Notes: generated from the sequence alone by a model not told the origin. Numbered from the stretch's first letter, positions 1 to 8,059 are shown. The stretch: 15,247 bases of DNA from Cyanobacteriota bacterium (GCA_046045965.1 JBJOKS010000055.1:1-15247), one strand, 5' to 3'. A program made the numbers and translations.

Positions 1-991
1 TAGAAAAGGAAATAACATTTAATGGTGTCCGAAATTGATGGCAGAATCTAGCCAAGAAATTTGCTCTAATTTCGCTGAGTTCCTTAGCTTGTTCTAAAAT
101 CTGACGCAATTCTAATTGAATATATTTATAATCTGTGATATCAATAGCTGTAAGGACTTCTACTTCCTGACCATCAAAATCTATTCCTCCATCAAAACGA
201 GTTACGGTAACATCTAACCATCGCTCTGTACCATCTTTGGTAAGGATATTTATCTCCTGATATTCAGAGTTATCTGCTTGACGACACTTGGAATTTCGAC
301 TTTTGATGAGTTGAGTAAAATCAAAATTTGCTAACAGTTCCTTTTTTGTATAGCCTGTGAGTAACTCAGCCGCAGGATTGACATAACAAATTTTTGTATC
401 TTCAATCAGGAAAATACCAGCATTGGTAGCTTCTAATAAGGTGCGAAATCTAGAATCTTTGAGCTTTAATAAGGTATCAATATGTTGGGGGTTAATTTTT
501 GAATTATCTTTCTGTACATTTTTTTGTAACTGATTTTTAATTTTTCTGCCTTCGTTAATCCATTTTTGAACACTCAACTCTACTAATTCGGTAGTGTTTT
601 CTCGAAGAAAACCACAGCAGAATTCGCTGTTTTGGTATTGTATATAGGTAAGATCTAATTCAGCGAAAAATATTCGTCCTCCCTTGGTGCGATAGCGAGA
701 TTTAAAGGAGAGATGATCTAGATTTTTCAGATTATGCCATTGCTCTGACCAATTGTGTAAGGAAAAATCTACATCTAAATCATCTAACTTCATGGAGAGT
801 AATTCTTCGTAGGAATACTCTGTTAGGACACAGGTGGCTTTATTGACATAAATAAATTGCGCGGTTTCCCCTAAACAAAAAGCTGCATCTACTATTTGAT
901 TAATGAGAAAATCCGCAAATTTAAACTCCAATCCTGGCTGTAATCTCAATATATTATGGAATTTTTCTAACATGGAATCCCCAGAATTCAT
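1..991 (-). CDS. PAS-PAS sensor histidine kinase, 5' part (runs off the left edge of the window)
   Basis: Manual translation from ATG at 991 (AGGAG RBS at about 1003-1007) is open to the window edge: MNSGDSMLEKF...DAAFCLGETAQFIYVNKATCVLTEYSYEELLSM (PAS1)...GIFLIEDTKICYVNPAAELLTGYTKKEL (PAS2)...TKDGTERWLDV...AIDITDYK (PAC), then a coiled coil and the H-box FLARFCHQFRTPLNVISFS. Absent from the ORF track because there is no stop in the window. Confidence 0.9.
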   Translation of the reverse strand, partial: MNSGDSMLEKFHNILRLQPGLEFKFADFLINQIVDAAFCLGETAQFIYVNKATCVLTEYSYEELLSMKLDDLDVDFSLHNWSEQWHNLKNLDHLSFKSRYRTKGGRIFFAELDLTYIQYQNSEFCCGFLRENTTELVELSVQKWINEGRKIKNQLQKNVQKDNSKINPQHIDTLLKLKDSRFRTLLEATNAGIFLIEDTKICYVNPAAELLTGYTKKELLANFDFTQLIKSRNSKCRQADNSEYQEINILTKDGTERWLDVTVTRFDGGIDFDGQEVEVLTAIDITDYKYIQLELRQILEQAKELSEIRANFLARFCHQFRTPLNVISFS

Positions 992-1641
992 ATCTCTATT
1001 TACTCCTGAGTATTGGTTAAGAATTTAGGTGGTATTAAGTCAGTATTTAACATCAAAAAATCCTAATTAATCACCTTATTAATTTCTAAGCCTAATTGAA
1101 TTAAGTTGGATCTTAACAATAAAGAAATCCTCAATACAATTTTGTTGCATATATCCTAAAATTCTTGATCCATGTTCTTGATACCTAAAGAAGTATAGTG
1201 TCCAGCTTCAGAGATATAAGATTAACCTCGATTCTGGTTCATAAATTCAATAAATGAGCAAAAATTATTGATTTTTTGAATATTTAAAATTTCTTATAAA
1301 AGGCATTTAACTATATATAAATACGCTAATCTATCCCTCTTAAGGAATATATTCTAGTTAACAATTGGCTGCTAAAAATACAAAATCTAACCACAGACAG
1401 AGAGATTGTAAAGATTAAATGTGTTGATGTATACAAAAGTTCGATTCTGACTCAATCTCATAAATTCATGCCTATAAATACTGGCTATCAGAGTTAAGAA
1501 CCACCAAAAAAATGCAAGAGCGAAAAAATAGACAAATTGATCAAAAAATAGTTCATTTATCCAGTGCCGAAATTTGAGTAGGCTTAATGGAAGAAGTAGT
1601 TTCTGAAAGAGGTTTAATCTGTATGGGTGGTTTTAGCTATA

Positions 1642-1783
1642 TACAGCAGGAGTCAGAAGTAAAAGCATGAGTGTGGGATAGTTTTTTGTGAGCAAATTTT
1701 ATTTTGTACCGTATGGCTACACCAAGCAAGCTATCGGCTGATGTGACAGTCACAGAAGCCTCATGTACCTGCAATATGCTGTA
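1642..1783. repeat. Degenerate MITE-like dispersed element with 7-bp terminal inverted repeats, possibly with a nested insert
   Basis: TACAGCA (1642-1648) and TGCTGTA (1777-1783) are inverted repeats. The interior has TGTACC twice and a small hairpin, GGCT-GA-TGTGACAGTCACA-GA-AGCC (1736-1760). Confidence 0.4.
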
Positions 1784-1965
1784 AATTTGCCCCTACTTTC
1801 AGTAAAAACAGATAAAACCCTTGATATAGATTTATCAATTTGTCGTCAGCAGGTGTTTGTCTCAGCATTATCTACTACTACTTCAACTGTGCTGAGAATT
1901 GTGAAATATGAGGAAAAGCCGACAAGCTATTGATTTGATTTCATTCACACATAGGAGTGCATACC

Positions 1966-2244
1966 ATGAGTCAAAACGTTGCTGATTATAATAGACAAAT
2001 TAATAAGAAAATTAATACTGAACAAATAGAACAAATAGTCAAGGCAATTATAGCTGGCAAGTATTCTTGGGCTTGTGTTTTACTGTTGCGTTTTTCTGGA
2101 CACAACCCTATCGACTATATACCCTATCGTACTTATATCAGATTGCTCAAAAATAATTGCCTACTAGGAGGTTATGGAAAAAATCAACCTGCTAAAAAAG
2201 AAGTAGAAATGTTTGATATCAAATCTAATTGGATTCATTTTTAA
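1966..2244 (+). CDS. HetP-family heterocyst commitment protein (short homologue, 92 aa)
   Basis: Contains EQIEQIVKAIIAGKYSWACVLLLRFSGHNPIDYIPYRTYIRL, the HetP-family core. AGGAG at 1953-1957 favours the ATG at 1966 over the GTG at 1957. Confidence 0.9.
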   Translation: MSQNVADYNRQINKKINTEQIEQIVKAIIAGKYSWACVLLLRFSGHNPIDYIPYRTYIRLLKNNCLLGGYGKNQPAKKEVEMFDIKSNWIHF

Positions 2245-2369
2245 AAAGGTAAAAATTCAGGATATGGCAATTTGAACAAGTTAGTATGGTTGGAGATTTG
2301 TGTAATAGCCGTAGGGGTAGGTTCAATACTGCTCCCTTGGTAATTTTCAACTGATAATTAATTTGGCTT

Positions 2370-2413
2370 GGGTAAAGGGTAAAGGTTTATTCTTTCCCCT
2401 TCACCTCTTAACC
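2370..2413. repeat. Heptamer (STRR-type) repeats arranged as an imperfect inverted repeat
   Basis: GGGTAAA-GGGTAAA-GGTTT followed by TTTCCCC-TTCACCT-CTTAACC, downstream of the hetP-like gene. Confidence 0.5.
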
Positions 2414-2618
2414 GATAAGTCTTGAGTTTGGCTTTAATGAAAAGAAAACATTTGCAGGTATTAGAGATGATTTGTCAACCCACTTGTATGGTGTTACATC
2501 TAAGATTTGAAAAATTTTCTATGTTTTCACAAATAGATTTCTCATGACTGACTATGAGAAAAAATGAAAGTGGGAATTTCTTAACTCTTAATTATTAATT
2601 ATTAATTTCATTCTCATC

Positions 2619-3494
2619 ATGATTTACCCAATTAGTATGTCTAATAGTCGTCTGCAACCCATACTCAGAGAAATTGTATGGCAGAAAAAGCTAGAAGTTG
2701 CACAAATGCAACAAGAAATGTCTCTCGCGTCTTTGCAGCGTCAATTAACTGCTGCTCCTACTGTACGAGATTTCTTTACTGCATTGCAGCAGAGTATTTA
2801 CAAACCTAGCTTGATAGCAGAGGTAAAAAAAGCATTACCTAATGAAGATGTTATTACATCAGATTTTGATCCTTTGTCTATAGCTAAATCTTATGAACGT
2901 GGTGGAGCAACTTGTATATCTGTTCTGACTGACCAAAAGTTCTTTCATGGAGGTTTTGATCATCTGCGAATTATCCGACATCGCATAGCATTACCGCTGT
3001 TGTGTAAAGATTTTATTCTTGATCCTTGCCAAATTTATTTAGCACGTGCAGCAGGTGCGGATGCAATTTTATTAATTGCTGCTATTCTGACAGATCAGCA
3101 GATAAATAACTTTTTGCGGGTGATTCATTATTTGGGAATGAATGCTGTGGTTGAAGTGCATAATTTGACTGAATTAGATCGTGTTCTCAAGTTAGAAGAT
3201 GTCCGCATCATCGGCATTAATAACCGCAGTTTAGAAGATTTTACTGTCAATCTTAGCACCACTCAGCAATTGATGGCCGCTAGGCGATCGCATTTACAAA
3301 ATTTAGGTATTTTGGTTGTTAGTGAGTCGGGAATTGAGACACCTGCTGATTTATCTCTGATGGCCGATGCTGGTGTGAATGCAGTTTTGATGGGAGATTC
3401 TTTACTGCAACAAGAAAATTTAGAAGAAGCTGTACGTAGTCTTATTAAATCCAGTGTTTCCGTTTATAAAGACCTGGTGAAAAAGGCAGTTTAA
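2619..3494 (+). CDS. trpC: Indole-3-glycerol-phosphate synthase (divergent paralogue)
   Basis: Motifs LIAEVKK, ISVLTDQKFFHG, LCKDFILD, GADAILLI, VEVH, GINNR and VSESGI are present. The usual ASPSKG loop reads ALPNED. Confidence 0.9.
   Translation: MIYPISMSNSRLQPILREIVWQKKLEVAQMQQEMSLASLQRQLTAAPTVRDFFTALQQSIYKPSLIAEVKKALPNEDVITSDFDPLSIAKSYERGGATCISVLTDQKFFHGGFDHLRIIRHRIALPLLCKDFILDPCQIYLARAAGADAILLIAAILTDQQINNFLRVIHYLGMNAVVEVHNLTELDRVLKLEDVRIIGINNRSLEDFTVNLSTTQQLMAARRSHLQNLGILVVSESGIETPADLSLMADAGVNAVLMGDSLLQQENLEEAVRSLIKSSVSVYKDLVKKAV
3284..3291. repeat. HIP1 octamer GCGATCGC (other copies at 10153, 10573, 12801 and 13719)
   Basis: Exact palindrome seen five times in 15 kb, a cyanobacterial hallmark. 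Confidence 0.9.
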
Positions 3495-3564
3495 CAGTTA
3501 ATAGTTATCAGTTGAAAATGATCAGTTACCTCTGATATTAACTGATTTTATCTAGCTGATAACT
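3487..3564. terminator. STRR-type inverted repeat between convergent genes; possible bidirectional terminator
   Basis: Heptamer-like CAGTTAA/TAGTTAT/CAGTTGA units. AGTTATCAG (3503-3511) pairs with CTGATAACT (3556-3564). Confidence 0.4.
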
Positions 3565-3590
3565 TTTACATTCAATGATTTTTGTGCTAA

Positions 3591-4100
3591 TTAACGACGA
3601 CGGATATATCCTTCAGATTCCAATTTTTGTAAAGCTCTTTGGGCAGCTTCTCTGCCATATTTGATCCCAATTTCTGTGGAATCTTGAGTAATTTGAGGAG
3701 TTACAGCCAAAGTTTTTTGTCCTATTGGTGTTTGATAAAAGGCAATAAGGGCTTTTATTTCTTCATTGGTAAAATATTTATCATATAGAGGAATATACTC
3801 CTTGATCATTTCATCTGGGTTGAGTTCAGCAGCAAAAGTATCCTAGAATTTTGCTGGTACTTGAGTGTATTCAGATTTCATTGAATTTAACATTTGATTT
3901 AATATCTGTTGAGTCAGATTTTTTGCCCCTGTGATTTCTAATAATTTTTTGATGTTATTAATTTTTTCGGTGTCTTTAACATTAGCCGCAAGTTCATTTC
4001 GATTAGTAAGAGACTGAGCCGAAGTTTGAGCCAAAGTTGGTAGGCTTACAGATGTTACAAGTAAAAATAGCACTGCTGAACTTAAGAATTTGACTTTCAT
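3591..4100 (-). pseudogene. DUF2059-domain exported protein interrupted by an in-frame amber codon
   Basis: The 85-aa and 72-aa ORFs are in the same frame, joined by PAKF*DTFAAELNPDEMIKEYIPLYDKYFTNEEIKALIAFYQTPIGQK, with TAG at 3843-3845. There is an N-terminal signal peptide and a DUF2059-like Y..F(T)..E...L..FY.TP.G.K motif. The full frame is 169 codons. Confidence 0.8.
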
Positions 4101-4152
4101 AAATTTTGCTTTCCAAGAATGTGATATTTTTATACCTATATTTAATTATAGC

Positions 4153-5622
4153 TTAGGTTTTTATAACCTTTAAACTGTGTATTTTATTATCCATACAACC
4201 ACTAATAAATCCCCCTAATGACTGAATTTGTAGCAGATATTCTAAAGCTGGTTTTGTGATTAATTCTCCCGGCATTAATACGGGAATTCCTGGAGGATAT
4301 GGACAAACATTTTCTGCACAAATTCTATTGACAGTTTTCTCCAAAGGCAATATTTCACTATTAGCAAAGAAAGCCTCACGGGGAGAAATAATGTACATAA
4401 CATTACCAATTATAGCATCATTTCTATATTTACATATTTTGTATTGACTTGTCAATTGTGGTATCTGAGGCAATTTTTTCAACCCTTGCACTAATACCTC
4501 AATATCTGATATTTTGTTACCCAAACTAATAATAAAAATCATATTTTGTAAGGATGAAAATTCTGGAGTTACACCCATTTCATTGAGCATATCTTCAGCC
4601 GCAAACCCTGTTAGACCTAATTGAGCAACATTCACAGTTAACCTTGTTTGATCCAAATCAAAAAAGCCCCCCTTTTTAAGGGGGGTTGGGGGGATCTCCA
4701 AAACTGATAAACCGGGAATTTGACTAATTTCATTTCTCGCTTTTTCAGCTAATTGCAAAGTTTGAAACATCAACTTTTCGCCATTGATAGCCATTTGTTG
4801 ACGTGCAGCATCAAGAGAAGCTAAAAGAATAAAACTAGGACTTGTAGATTGTACTAATTGTAAGGCTTTATTTAATCTATCAATATCAATTCTATTACCT
4901 TGAATATGTAACATTGATGCTTGTGTCATTGCACCCAAGGTTTTATGAATAGATTGTATTGTTAAATCTGCACCTGCGGCTAAAGCTGATGTGGGTAAAT
5001 GGGGATGAAAAGCAAAATGAGCGCCATGTGCTTCATCTACAATTAAAGGAATATTATATTGATGGGTAATTTGGGCAATACTTTTTAAATCTCCACATAC
5101 ACCATAATAAGTTGGATAAACCATTAACACAGCTTTAGCATCAGGATGTCTAGCTAAAGTTGTTTTTAAATCTTCAGGTTTAATACTATGGGCAATATCT
5201 AAATCTTCATCATATTCTGGATTAATAAAAATAGGAATTGCACCAGAAAAAATTAAACCAGAAATTACAGAAGAATGAACATTTCTGGGCAGAATAATTT
5301 TATCATTCATACCGCAAGTTGCAATAATTGCGGCTTCAATTCCACAGGTAGAACCATTAACTAAAAACCAAGTTTTTTCAGCACCAAAAGCCTCTGCTGC
5401 TAATTCTTGTGCGGCTAAAATTGAGCTTTCAGGTGTGAAGAGATTATCTAATTCTGCTAGTTCCGTTAAATCAGCGTGGAAGACTTCTTTACCTAATAAA
5501 TCGGTTAAAATTGGGGAAATTCCCGCACCGCGTTTGTGTCCGGGGGTGTAAAATGGTGCGTGGGGACGGGAGATGGAGGCTTTTAAGGCATCTATGAGGG
5601 GGGTTTGGTTTTGATTTGGCAT
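4153..5622 (-). CDS. PLP-dependent Orn/Lys/Arg decarboxylase (lysine decarboxylase-like)
   Basis: Motifs FYTPGHKRG, LVNGSTCG, PRNVHSS, PTYYG, VDEAHGAH, QSIHK (PLP lysine), STSPS and the C-terminal CPYPPGIPVLMPGE. Confidence 0.92.
   Translation of the reverse strand: MPNQNQTPLIDALKASISRPHAPFYTPGHKRGAGISPILTDLLGKEVFHADLTELAELDNLFTPESSILAAQELAAEAFGAEKTWFLVNGSTCGIEAAIIATCGMNDKIILPRNVHSSVISGLIFSGAIPIFINPEYDEDLDIAHSIKPEDLKTTLARHPDAKAVLMVYPTYYGVCGDLKSIAQITHQYNIPLIVDEAHGAHFAFHPHLPTSALAAGADLTIQSIHKTLGAMTQASMLHIQGNRIDIDRLNKALQLVQSTSPSFILLASLDAARQQMAINGEKLMFQTLQLAEKARNEISQIPGLSVLEIPPTPLKKGGFFDLDQTRLTVNVAQLGLTGFAAEDMLNEMGVTPEFSSLQNMIFIISLGNKISDIEVLVQGLKKLPQIPQLTSQYKICKYRNDAIIGNVMYIISPREAFFANSEILPLEKTVNRICAENVCPYPPGIPVLMPGELITKPALEYLLQIQSLGGFISGCMDNKIHSLKVIKT
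4663..4697. repeat. 35-bp palindromic dispersed repeat, copy 1 (inside the decarboxylase CDS)
   Basis: AAAGCCCCCCTTTTTAAGGGGGGTTGGGGGGATCT, identical to 13206-13240, with a CCCCCCTT/AAGGGGGG hairpin. Confidence 0.9.
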
Positions 5623-5718
5623 TTTGGGTTAATTTAGCGTTTAGAGCTTCAGGTCAAAATTGGTCAAGTATAGAATATAATTAATAACTAAGCTATATGT
5701 TGTCATAATTCAACTCTT

Positions 5719-6966
5719 ATGCAGATTACATTTACGCCAGAAGAAGAAGTAACGTTTTTTGAAGAAGAAGAAGATCAGGAAATCGAGTCTGAATCTCAGA
5801 GTAAGTTAATTCCTGAATTAAAGCAAATTAAAGAAATAGTTGTTTCTGCTAGTGATTGGACAACAGCAACAATACTTGATCAACTTGTTCGGGATAATAT
5901 CCAATTAACTCCACGATTTCAAAGACGAGATGCTTGGGATATAACTCGTAAAAGTAGATTTATCGAATCACTAATACTTGGATTTCCAGTACCACAAATA
6001 GTATTAGCAGCAACGGCTAATCGTCAAGAAAAAGGTAAATTTATCGTTCTTGATGGTAAACAAAGATTGTTAACTATTCTTCAATTTTATGGTAGAAGTG
6101 AAGATACTCCAAACAATGCTTTTGCTTTAAAAAATTTAGAGTTTAGACGTGATCTAATTGGACAAAAATATGAAGATTTAAGAAGTGATTTGTTTTTGAG
6201 TAGAGATGTTGATGATCTTGATAACCAGACTATTCGTACTATAGTTCTGCGAAATATAAAAAGTGAAAATTTTCTTTATAAAATTTTTCTGCGTTTGAAT
6301 GTACAAAGTACACCTTTATCTGCACAAGAACTTAGGCAAGCATTGCATCCTGGTTCGTTTATCAATTTCTTAGATGATCAATCAATTAAAAGTCAGGCTC
6401 TTAAAAAAATATTTAGATCACCAAATCCTGATTTTCGGATGCGAGATGTTGAATTACTATTACGTTATGTAGGATTCCATTATTTTCTATCTGAATATCG
6501 TGGAAATCTCAAAGCATTTCTTGATATGACTTGTGAAAATCTTAATAAAGATTGGGAAAAAATACATAATGATGTTGAAAATGCAGTTAATCAATTCGAG
6601 GAAGCAGTAGAAACAACTATTAATATATTTGGAGAAAAAAACTTTTCTCGTATGTGGTTAAGCAACAACAAGACATATAGAAGAAATTTTAATAGAGCAA
6701 TTTTAGATGTGATGGTTTTTTATTTTTCAGATGAAATCATAAGGCAATCTGCTGAACGAAATAAAGATAAAGTTCAAGAGGCTTTTAAAAAAATATGTTC
6801 ATCAAACAACAAATTTAGAGAAGGTGTTGAAGGAACAACCAAGAACATTCGTGAAACTTACAACCGTTTGAGATTGTGGGGAGAAAGTCTATTAGAAGTT
6901 TTAGATGTAGATTTTAACCTGCCTGAACTTGTTGATAATCGGATTATTTTCAATGGTTTGAGGTAG
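5719..6966 (+). CDS. DUF262 (ParB/Srx-fold, GmrS-like) domain protein; putative defence-system component A
   Basis: DUF262 motifs PRFQRRDAW, SRFIESLILGFPVP, VLDGKQRL and IFLRLN. There is an acidic N-terminal tail, and I could not recognise an HNH (DUF1524) C-terminus. Confidence 0.88.
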   Translation: MQITFTPEEEVTFFEEEEDQEIESESQSKLIPELKQIKEIVVSASDWTTATILDQLVRDNIQLTPRFQRRDAWDITRKSRFIESLILGFPVPQIVLAATANRQEKGKFIVLDGKQRLLTILQFYGRSEDTPNNAFALKNLEFRRDLIGQKYEDLRSDLFLSRDVDDLDNQTIRTIVLRNIKSENFLYKIFLRLNVQSTPLSAQELRQALHPGSFINFLDDQSIKSQALKKIFRSPNPDFRMRDVELLLRYVGFHYFLSEYRGNLKAFLDMTCENLNKDWEKIHNDVENAVNQFEEAVETTINIFGEKNFSRMWLSNNKTYRRNFNRAILDVMVFYFSDEIIRQSAERNKDKVQEAFKKICSSNNKFREGVEGTTKNIRETYNRLRLWGESLLEVLDVDFNLPELVDNRIIFNGLR

Positions 6967-6980
6967 AGTATTTATATAAT

Positions 6981-7622
6981 ATGCCAAAATCTGCTAGATT
7001 TAGGATTTTAACCCGGGAGTTAAATAGGTTAAAAAAGCAATTTCTACCTAAAATTAGTCCTACAGGTTTATATTCTGATAGACAGTTAGCTCTAACTATT
7101 GCCTATAGATTTTTAGCTCATGCTGAGATCGAATCTTATCTGGAAGATAGAGTTATGGACGTAGTTTTAGATGCAAAAAAAGCCTGGAATAACAAAGGAG
7201 AAACCCGTCGTACTCTAATATGTTTACTTGGTTTCTCTGGTTTAAATATGGATGAACCACCAGATACACTTACACCAAAAAAGGGAAGTAAAACAGTTAA
7301 AGAAGAGAAAATAAAAATCAATAAGAAAATAGATTTGGCATTAGAACATTTTAATAGAGTGATTAAACAAAATCATGGAGTGAAAGAAGAAAATATTTTG
7401 GCTTTGCTATTACCAATAGGTATAGATAGTGATGATTTAGATCCAGCTTGGCTGGCTATTATGAATACATTTGGAGAAAATCGAGGTGAAGTAGCGCATA
7501 AATCATCTACATCTTACATTACTATACGACCCCCAGATCCAGCAACAGAAATAAATACCGTCAAACAAATTACTCAGGAACTTTTAATAATTGATGAATT
7601 AATTAATAATTTAATGAAGTAA
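6981..7622 (+). CDS. HEPN-domain protein (RiboL-PSP/MAE_18760-like); putative RNase effector
   Basis: N-terminal helix AYRFLAHAEIESYLED and C-terminal Rx4H motif NRGEVAH. It starts 14 bp after the DUF262 stop, so the two genes are probably an operon. Confidence 0.8.
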   Translation: MPKSARFRILTRELNRLKKQFLPKISPTGLYSDRQLALTIAYRFLAHAEIESYLEDRVMDVVLDAKKAWNNKGETRRTLICLLGFSGLNMDEPPDTLTPKKGSKTVKEEKIKINKKIDLALEHFNRVIKQNHGVKEENILALLLPIGIDSDDLDPAWLAIMNTFGENRGEVAHKSSTSYITIRPPDPATEINTVKQITQELLIIDELINNLMK

Positions 7623-7658
7623 AATGTACAATGTAATTACTAGAGAAAAACAGGCGAA

Positions 7659-7976
7659 ATGATATTCAAAGACATCAAACCTATCAAACAAAAACTTTTT
7701 ACCATCATCAAATTCATCTCGATACCCTTAATTACTGCGGGAATTGGATTAGAATTATGGAATATCCAAACAGTAACAACTAACAACCAACTACCAAGTA
7801 TATTAACGCCCGCTTTAATACTTGCTCATATTGCACTTTCAGCGCATTTTGCCGAAGGAATAATTGCAGCTTATTATGCACCTTCTCAAAATCACAACCC
7901 CATCAAATATGCAATTTATACATTTTTTGTCGGTACAGTTGGTTTATTAGAATTGTGGGAAAATCGTAATAACTAA
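7659..7976 (+). CDS. Small hypothetical membrane protein (about 3 hydrophobic segments)
   Basis: 105-aa ORF with hydrophobic stretches FISIPLITAGIGL, ALILAHIALSAHFAEGIIAAYY and YAIYTFFVGTVGLLEL. Confidence 0.7.
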   Translation: MIFKDIKPIKQKLFTIIKFISIPLITAGIGLELWNIQTVTTNNQLPSILTPALILAHIALSAHFAEGIIAAYYAPSQNHNPIKYAIYTFFVGTVGLLELWENRNN

Positions 7977-8059
7977 AATTTGAGTATAACCATTTGGGAA
8001 GATGTCAACGGTTTAAGTTATCATCTAGCTTGGGAAAGTCGAATCATGGAAGACTTACC

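Noticed and set aside
1742..1754. TGTGA-CAG-TCACA as a CRP site
   Set aside because: The spacer is 3 bp rather than 6 bp, and it lies inside a probable repeat hairpin.
992..1965. Canonical HetR box (GGG-N5-CCC), NtcA box (GTA-N8-TAC) or DIF1 motif (TCCGGA) upstream of the hetP-like gene
   Set aside because: I found no exact match by eye. The nearest is GTA-N9-TAC at about 1706-1720, inside the repeat element.
3843..3845. Pyrrolysine or programmed amber recoding
   Set aside because: No pyl machinery is visible or expected in cyanobacteria; a nonsense mutation or sequencing error is simpler.
4256..4447. 63-aa plus-strand ORF
   Set aside because: Antisense shadow inside the decarboxylase gene, with no motif.
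7136..7321. 61-aa minus-strand ORF
   Set aside because: Antisense shadow of the HEPN gene; no RBS or other support for a separate antitoxin peptide.
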